From positions 1,440,001 through 1,504,000 of the forward strand of contig OZ244653.1 of assembly GCA_965218795.1 (NCBI GenBank): a stretch of 64,000 bases of DNA, read 5' to 3'. Origin of the DNA: a bacterium. GTDB taxonomy: Bacteria > UBA8248 > JACPRG01 > G963555815. The position numbers and the translations under genes were made by a program. Shown piece after piece: positions 58,291 to 64,000 of this stretch. Under the pieces are notes generated by a model. It was not told where the DNA came from. It saw only the letters and a list, made by a program, of their open reading frames with translations, and searched no databases. The first letter of the stretch is position 1; every line of letters begins with the position of its first letter.

Positions 58291-58325
58291 AAGAAGGGCC
58301 GCGCCACAGGGACGCGGCCTTTTTT
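58291..58325. terminator. Rho-independent terminator between convergent genes
   Basis: GGCCGCG-CCACAGGGA-CGCGGCC followed by TTTTTT; AAGAA on the 5' side. Confidence 0.75.
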
Positions 58326-58362
58326 ACGGATCCCCGAATTGTCGAACGCCTCAACCCCGCAT

Positions 58363-59472
58363 TCAGGCGTCCAGAAACTCGAACGGCTCTCCGGCAAAAT
58401 TCCGGAAGACGATGTGGCCGTCTTGGCCCCCCTCCCGATACTCCGGAACCAACGGGACCTTGCCCCCGCCGCCCGGCAGATCGATTGCGAACCTGGGGAC
58501 GGCGTAGCCCGAGGTGTGGCCGATCAGACCCTTCATCAGAGCGATCCCCTTCCGGAGCGGCGTGCGAAATTGGACCGTGCCCTCGATCTGATCGCACTGA
58601 AAAAGGTAGTACGGCCGAACCCTGATCTCCAGCAACCGGTGAAAGAGCCCCTTGAGCGTTTCGACGTCGTCGTTGATCCCGGCCAATAGTACGCTCTGAC
58701 CGCCGACGGGGATCCCCGCGTCGGCCAGCATCAGGCAGGCTCGCCGCACCTCGGCAGCGAGCTCCTTTGGATGCACGACGTGCAGACTCACGTAGAGGGG
58801 ATGAAGCTTCCGCAGGCCCCGGACGAGGTCTCGCGTCACCCGCTGCGGCAGCGTCACGGGCGCGCGCGTCCCAATACGGAGGATCTCCACGTGGGGAATG
58901 GAGCGCAGTCTTCCCAGCAGGCCGAGAAGACGGTCGTCGGAAAGGGTCAGCGGATCCCCGCCGGACACCAGGACGTCCCGAATCGCCGGCTGGGACGCAA
59001 TGTAACCCAGACCCTGTTCCCACTGCTCAGAGGTGACGGCGGAATCAGGCCGGCCCACCATCCGCTTGCGGTTGCAGTACCTGCAGTAGGACGAACAGAC
59101 GTTGGAGGCGAGAAAGAGAACCCGGTCCGGATAGCGGTGGATCACGGCGGGCACCGGTGACAAGTCTTCCTCACCGAGCGGATCGCCAAAGTCCGCAGGC
59201 GAAGGCAGGGACTCTTCAATCCTCGCGACGAACTGCCGCCGCAGGGGGCAGTCCGGGTCCTCCCGGTCCATCAGGCTCGCGAAGTAGGGCGTCAAGCCGG
59301 ACACGAATCCCCCCTCCTTCTCGGAGAGGGCAATCCCCTCCTCTTCTGCCCGTGAGAGCCGGAACCAGGGACGGAAGTCCTCCAGCCGCGTCATCCGGTT
59401 CTTCATTTGCCAGCGCCAGTCGTCCCATTGCTTCTTCGTCGCGCCGAACCGCCGCCATGGCCGGTGATGCAT
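58363..59472 (-). CDS. kamA: KamA-family radical SAM/PLP lysine 2,3-aminomutase
   Basis: WDDWRWQ, LRRQ, HRYPDRVL, CSSYCRYC, SGGDPL, RIGTR, QSVLL.GIND, RPYYLFQCD, SGYAVP, DLPGGGGK. Confidence 0.9.
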   Translation of the reverse strand: MHHRPWRRFGATKKQWDDWRWQMKNRMTRLEDFRPWFRLSRAEEEGIALSEKEGGFVSGLTPYFASLMDREDPDCPLRRQFVARIEESLPSPADFGDPLGEEDLSPVPAVIHRYPDRVLFLASNVCSSYCRYCNRKRMVGRPDSAVTSEQWEQGLGYIASQPAIRDVLVSGGDPLTLSDDRLLGLLGRLRSIPHVEILRIGTRAPVTLPQRVTRDLVRGLRKLHPLYVSLHVVHPKELAAEVRRACLMLADAGIPVGGQSVLLAGINDDVETLKGLFHRLLEIRVRPYYLFQCDQIEGTVQFRTPLRKGIALMKGLIGHTSGYAVPRFAIDLPGGGGKVPLVPEYREGGQDGHIVFRNFAGEPFEFLDA

Positions 59473-59689
59473 TTCACGGTCCCCGATCACTTGCTTTTCC
59501 AAAGGACGGATCCTCCTCTCCTCTTCCTGATCCTCTCCATAGTAACCGACTCCTTCGGAAGATCGAAAACGGCCGAACATGCTAGACTGATGACAGAATC
59601 AAAAAATCCATTCTGAACCGCAAGCCTCGATCCCGCAGCGGGTCGGAGGCGCGCCCGGCTCCACTCATCTTGTTGGAGGATTCACCCCC

Positions 59690-60670
59690 TTGAAAGCCAT
59701 CCGCGTGCATCAGTTCGGCGGTGCCGAAAATCTCATTTACGAAGAGGCTCCCGACCCCTCACCGGGCGAAGGGGATATCCTGATTCAGGTCAAAGCCGCC
59801 GGCGTCAACCCCATTGACCTCGCCATCCGGTCGGGCAAACACCCCGCCGCCGCCATGATGAACCTTCCCTACGTCCCGGGCGTGGATGCGGCGGGAATCG
59901 TCGAAGCCGTCGGCCCCGGCGTCACCGGCTTCGAGGCGGGCGATGAGGTCTTTGGAAGGGGGATCGGCGGGAGCTATTGCGAACGGACGAAGATTGCGGC
60001 CCAGGAGGCCGGCCGCAAGCCCGACGGGTTCTCCTTCGAAGAGGCGGCGGGGATCCCCATCGTCTTCATGACGGCCTGGCATGCCCTGTTCAACAAGGCG
60101 AACATTCAGCCGGGCGAGACCGTCCTCGTCCAGGCGGGCGGCGGAGGCGTGGGCACCGCAGCCATTCAGCTGGCCAAATGGAAGGGCGCAAACGTCATCA
60201 CGACCGTGGGCTCGAAGGAAAAGGCGGACCGGGCCAAAGGCCTCGGCGCCGACCATACCGTCCACTACAAGGAGACCCCCTTTGACGAGGAGGTCAAGCG
60301 TTTGACCGACGGCGAGGGCGCGGACGTCATCATTGAAACCGTCGCGGCGGACAACCTCCCCCTGGATATATCGGCCCTTCGGCTTCGCGGCCGCATTGTC
60401 GTCATCGGAAACGGGACCGGCAAGGGCCCGGAGGCGACCCTTCCCGTCGGCCCCGCGCTGTTCAAAGACCTTCGGCTCCTTTCGATGACCCTGATGAATG
60501 CGGGCGCGGAAGCGCCGGATATCGTCCGCGGTCTGGAACGGGCCTTCACCGAAGGAAACGTCAAACCACAGGCATCGGCATCCTTCCCATTGAAGGAGGC
60601 GGCTCAGGCTCAGGAAACCCTGATGAGCGGCCGGTTTTTCGGGAAGATTACTCTCTCTCCCATTGAATAG
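59690..60670 (+). CDS. NADPH:quinone reductase (zeta-crystallin/MDR family)
   Basis: KAIRVHQFGG, AGVNPID, PYVPGVDAAG, TAWHAL, GETVLVQAGGGGVG. Confidence 0.94.
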   Translation: MKAIRVHQFGGAENLIYEEAPDPSPGEGDILIQVKAAGVNPIDLAIRSGKHPAAAMMNLPYVPGVDAAGIVEAVGPGVTGFEAGDEVFGRGIGGSYCERTKIAAQEAGRKPDGFSFEEAAGIPIVFMTAWHALFNKANIQPGETVLVQAGGGGVGTAAIQLAKWKGANVITTVGSKEKADRAKGLGADHTVHYKETPFDEEVKRLTDGEGADVIIETVAADNLPLDISALRLRGRIVVIGNGTGKGPEATLPVGPALFKDLRLLSMTLMNAGAEAPDIVRGLERAFTEGNVKPQASASFPLKEAAQAQETLMSGRFFGKITLSPIE

Positions 60671-60709
60671 AGGACCGGTCCGGAGCCTTTCCGTCTCCGA
60701 ATCACACCC

Positions 60710-60883
60710 CTGCTGATCAGGGAGGCGGAGTTTGGGCGCATGGCCGCGCTCAAGGGCGGAATGATCGCCTCCACTCCCCTTGAGGGGGTGATGGGCGGAC
60801 TGAACCTCGTCAACGTCGAGACCCAATATGACGTCGAGGGGCTGAGATCCGCCAACCGGATGTTCGGCCCGGACGGTCGCTGA
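60710..60883 (+). pseudogene. C-terminal fragment of a 6-phosphofructokinase (PfkA family)
   Basis: Translated by hand: LLIREAEFGRMAALKGGMIASTPLEGVMGGLNLVNVETQYDVE..*, resembling the PFK C-terminus (FGxMVALxxGxIxxVPLxxV); no upstream coding part. Confidence 0.5.
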
Positions 60884-61063
60884 TCAGGATGTGGTAACCC
60901 GCCCGGCCAGTATCTCGCTTCACGCCCTGAGCAGCCGAAAACATATGCAAAGCCGGGCAATGCTTTCCGGCGTATCTCCCCTGAGTACGGCGCGGGGGTA
61001 GAATCGTGCCGAGGAAGAGATTCTTTCCCGGCCCTTATTGTCCGCTCACAGGGAGGAAAAACC

Positions 61064-61255
61064 ATGGATGGATGGACCAAAGCGGCCCTTTGGCTGATTG
61101 CCCTCGCGTTGTGGGGACTTCTGCTCCGGCCCCTTGTACTGCCGGAAAGCGTAAGCGCGGCCCGCGAAAAACTGGAGGTCAACATCGCCGAGGTCGGCGG
61201 CGCGAGGTTGAATTTCAACGGCCCCATACCGGTCGTAGCGGTTCAACCCAGATAG
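61064..61255 (+). CDS. Small exported/membrane-anchored protein (63 aa)
   Basis: Strong GGGAGG RBS; D.WTK..LW.IALAL hydrophobic N-terminus, then VNIAEVGG..GPIPV. Confidence 0.65.
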   Translation: MDGWTKAALWLIALALWGLLLRPLVLPESVSAAREKLEVNIAEVGGARLNFNGPIPVVAVQPR

Positions 61256-61330
61256 AGACGGGAAGCATCCTGAATTCTCCGTAGTCTGCCGGCATCCCCG
61301 GCAAGCGAATCCATTGACAAGGGAAGTCGA

Positions 61331-61590
61331 ATGGCGAAGACCAATGCGTTGACCGAGGAAAGCGTCGCAGGTCCTGGACAGCGATACGGCCTACTTCGAG
61401 TCCGGCGGCGGCCCCATCATCTTCATTCATGGCAATCCGATCCGCGCCTGCCTGTGGCGGAACGTTATTCCGCATATCGAAGGTCTCGGCCGCGTCCTCG
61501 CTCCGGACCGCATGGGGATGGGAAATTTCGGGAGGATGCCGAGCGGAATCTACCAGTACCTGGAGCATGCCGCTACCTGGATGCCTGCCC
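61331..61590 (+). pseudogene. N-terminal remnant of a haloalkane dehalogenase (DhaA/LinB family)
   Basis: Shifted frame reads TAYFESGGGPIIFIHGNPIRACLWRNVIPHIEGLGRVLAPDRMGMGN, then Y..LEH..YLDA; frameshifted and truncated before the nucleophile. Confidence 0.75.
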
Positions 61591-61683
61591 CTCTGCCGGC
61601 TCAACCAGAACAGAAAGACGGGTCAAACAGGACGCTGGCGGCATGACCGATCATCCGGAATACACCTTCACTCGGCCGCCTAA

Positions 61684-61709
61684 CTGTCCAAGATAGTGGG
61701 ACCACCTCA
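61684..61709 (+). mobile_element. Isolated IS3-family right inverted repeat
   Basis: CTGTCCAAGATAGTGGGACCACCTCA resembles IS3-family IRR ends (CTGTCC..GGGACCACCTCA); lies just downstream of the truncated dehalogenase. Confidence 0.45.
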
Positions 61710-61712
61710 CAG

Positions 61713-62579
61713 CTACGCCTGGACGAGCTCCCGGTAAGAAGGCTCGTGGTCGGGCCGCAGGCCGTGTCTTTTCATCCAGTCCGCCGCCCATTTGAATTCC
61801 TTCTCGGTATAAGCGTCGGGATAGACGTACGTGAGGCGCCGCAGACTCATGTCCTCGACCGAGAACTCCCCCCGAAGGTCGTCGGGAACGTCGCGCAGGA
61901 GGTAAGCCGCGTAGGTCCTGATGTCCCGATTGATCTCGTCCACCGCCCGCCGCAGCGCCCGGTACAGGGCCTCCCGGCTTTCCTTTCCGTAGTCCTCTGC
62001 GGTGTAGAGCAGACCCCGGTATTTTGTTTCAACCAGAATACGGCATCCCCGCGTTTCCGCCAGACTGATGAACGGCTCCATCAGATTCACGGCATCGACT
62101 TCTCCGGAGAGCAAAGCCCGGGTGCGGATGGCCGGTCCTCCGACGTGGTTGAGGACGATCTCATCGTCGGGCACATGCCCTTCCAGCATCTTGACCGCCG
62201 TGTAGTGAGAGCCGGTCTGGTCCTGAATGGCGACGGGGACGCCGGCCAAGTCGTCCGGCCGGTGATAAGGGGCGTCGCCCCGGACGCAAATCGCCATGGA
62301 CGTCACGCTCTCGCGCTTGCCCAGGATCAATCCGCCCCGCTCCCCGTCGGCAGCCCGCTTGATGACGCCCCACTCGCACTTGTTGTAGGCCTCGAGGCCT
62401 CCCGCCTCGTAATCGAGCGTCACGGGCCGCTCGAAGACCGGCGCGGGCTCCAGCGCGGGATCGGGCTCCCAAACCTCCACCTCAATCCCATCCTCCTTGA
62501 AATAACCCTTCTCAACGGCCACGTCCCAGGGAAGGGTGAATACCGTTCCTTCATTCGTGAAACGAATCTTGACAGCCAT
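61713..62579 (-). CDS. ABC-type substrate-binding protein, NMT1/THI5/SsuA family (no obvious signal peptide)
   Basis: LPWDVAVEKGYFKEDGIEVE, DDLAGVPVAI..TGSHY, ALLSGEVDAVNLMEPF; ATG 62579 with GGAG RBS. Confidence 0.85.
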   Translation of the reverse strand: MAVKIRFTNEGTVFTLPWDVAVEKGYFKEDGIEVEVWEPDPALEPAPVFERPVTLDYEAGGLEAYNKCEWGVIKRAADGERGGLILGKRESVTSMAICVRGDAPYHRPDDLAGVPVAIQDQTGSHYTAVKMLEGHVPDDEIVLNHVGGPAIRTRALLSGEVDAVNLMEPFISLAETRGCRILVETKYRGLLYTAEDYGKESREALYRALRRAVDEINRDIRTYAAYLLRDVPDDLRGEFSVEDMSLRRLTYVYPDAYTEKEFKWAADWMKRHGLRPDHEPSYRELVQA

Positions 62580-62988
62580 TCGCGCGTCTCCCAACCAGCT
62601 TCCTCGAAACCTTCCTCGTCCACTCGATCGCCCGCCCAGACCCGAACCGGCGCCGAACGGGCGAAAACTCATCATTCACAAATATGCGCCAGCGCATCTG
62701 CAGGAAATTATAACCGATTCCGGTTTTCATTTGGATCACAGGCCGGACAGGAACCGGCCGTCAGCCCGCCCGGAGGATTCTGTACCGCGCAGCGCCGGCC
62801 GCGCGCCCCTGTGCCCGGCGGCAATTGCTCGAAAGTCCCCGTGTCCGTTTATCCGTTCGGTAACGGGGGACTCATCTTGCAAGAGATGACACGTTGGAAG
62901 GTGAAGCGGCGTTCATGTGAGGATACGGCTGTCAACGAGAAGCGCGGCGGGGCCTGAACGACCCCGCCGCGGAAGCTGTCGTGATCAA

Positions 62989-63999
62989 CTAATAGAGTTG
63001 CGCTTTGAAGCCATACTTGATGCCCAGGCTGAGAGTATTGACCGTTTCCTTCCCCGGATTCTCGAAATCTTCCCGCAGATATTCAGCAAACACTCCCACA
63101 TTGCTCGTCAACGCCTTGAACAGCGTGAGATTCTGGCCGACCACTCCGGTTGAACCAGCACCGTCTACATCGTCATCATAGGCAAAAAAAGCCGCGAGGC
63201 CGGTGTAGCCGTTGCCGAAAGAGTAGGAAGCCAGCAAATCCAGCGTGTACTGCTCTTGATCCTCTGCATTCTCAGGGTCACGGACAATATTCTGGTAAGT
63301 AAAAGCAAGGTAGAGATCATCGGTCACATCCCAACTGCCACCGACGCCGAAATAGTCACGCTCAACTGTTTCACCCTCAGCTCGCAGGTAGGATACACCG
63401 AGATAAGCAGGCCCATAGCGGTAGCCTACGCCAAAAGACGCCGCATCCACGTGTCTTGGAGCTTTGGTACCGGTCGGCTTGCCGTCTACATCCATCACTG
63501 ATTCGTCGGATGGATTATGCCGATGCTCCCGCGGATCGTCTTTGCCGGCCGTCTTGCCGTTCACCTTCACGCCCATACCCACCTTGAAACCACCAATATT
63601 GTGGGCGTAGCTGATCTGGTTGTCGGTATAATACGGACCATCTTGAATATAGCCAAAGGGGCTGTTGAAGTTGTAGAAAACGTCGACCACGCCCGCAACA
63701 ATGCTGTAGTGCGGATCATACTGCGTGCCGATGAGGACGCTACCGTAGTCGGAGCTTTTCAAGCCTACATAAGCCAGTTTTCTCCTGCCAAGGTCGCCTT
63801 CATCATTGATGTTGACAGCCCATACACCCCTGAGCACCGCGGTGAGGGTATCGGTCACTTTGACATCCGCGGCGATACCGATCTTCGACCCCACATCGTA
63901 AACGTCCGTGGACGAGCCCTCCATTCCCACCCAGCGGTGGGAGTCAGCGTCACGATAGGTCAACGACGGCCAAAACGTACCGTCAAGATAGACATTGGC
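62989..63999 (-). CDS. Gram-negative general porin (5'-truncated by the window end)
   Basis: DVGSKIG, RKLAYVGLKSSDYGSVLIG.Q, NQISY, amphipathic beta strands, SLGIKYGF near the C-terminus; frame stays open to the window edge. Confidence 0.88.
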   Translation of the reverse strand, partial: ANVYLDGTFWPSLTYRDADSHRWVGMEGSSTDVYDVGSKIGIAADVKVTDTLTAVLRGVWAVNINDEGDLGRRKLAYVGLKSSDYGSVLIGTQYDPHYSIVAGVVDVFYNFNSPFGYIQDGPYYTDNQISYAHNIGGFKVGMGVKVNGKTAGKDDPREHRHNPSDESVMDVDGKPTGTKAPRHVDAASFGVGYRYGPAYLGVSYLRAEGETVERDYFGVGGSWDVTDDLYLAFTYQNIVRDPENAEDQEQYTLDLLASYSFGNGYTGLAAFFAYDDDVDGAGSTGVVGQNLTLFKALTSNVGVFAEYLREDFENPGKETVNTLSLGIKYGFKAQLY

Positions 64000-64000
64000 A

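Overview
GC-rich Gram-negative bacterial chromosome segment. Its gene content (short tsf, PxxKW protein, fused M16 peptidase, pgpA-cinA-thpR) resembles deltaproteobacterial/Nitrospinota-like lineages, and the Calx-beta/FN3 autotransporter suggests a host-associated marine lifestyle; both are inferences. Layout: (1) 81-10.9 kb, a minus-strand catabolic operon: ABC importer with a TorT-like binding protein, a strongly divergent adenine-deaminase-family enzyme, an ATP-dependent hydantoinase/acetone-carboxylase-type A+B pair whose B chain carries a fused Zn gamma domain, and a cupin, bordered by an IS3 remnant. (2) A GT4, a 30-aa bS22/COX24-type ORF below the ORF track's size range, and an OsmC-family gene split by an in-frame TGA with a SECIS-like hairpin (probable selenoprotein). 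(3) hemE-hemH and glgX-glgB-malQ. (4) A multiply frameshifted Calx-beta/FN3/autotransporter gene with an intact sigma54 promoter, next to a mosaic of REP/dRS3-like palindromes and an IS481 remnant. (5) A housekeeping block: nucleotide-sugar dehydrogenase/epimerase pair, rplM-rpsI-argC-argJ, rpsB-tsf-pyrH-frr-uppS-cdsA-dxr-pgpA-cinA-thpR, mgtE, ddl, M16 peptidase, trpG..trpD-trpC, KamA and a quinone reductase. (6) A small graveyard of gene fragments, an SsuA/NMT1-like binding protein and a 5'-truncated porin. I recognised no rRNA, tRNA or CRISPR array. The best candidates for new biology are the deaminase + ATP-dependent ring-opening + TorT-like importer operon and the Sec-OsmC. All calls come from motif recognition by eye; no searches were run.
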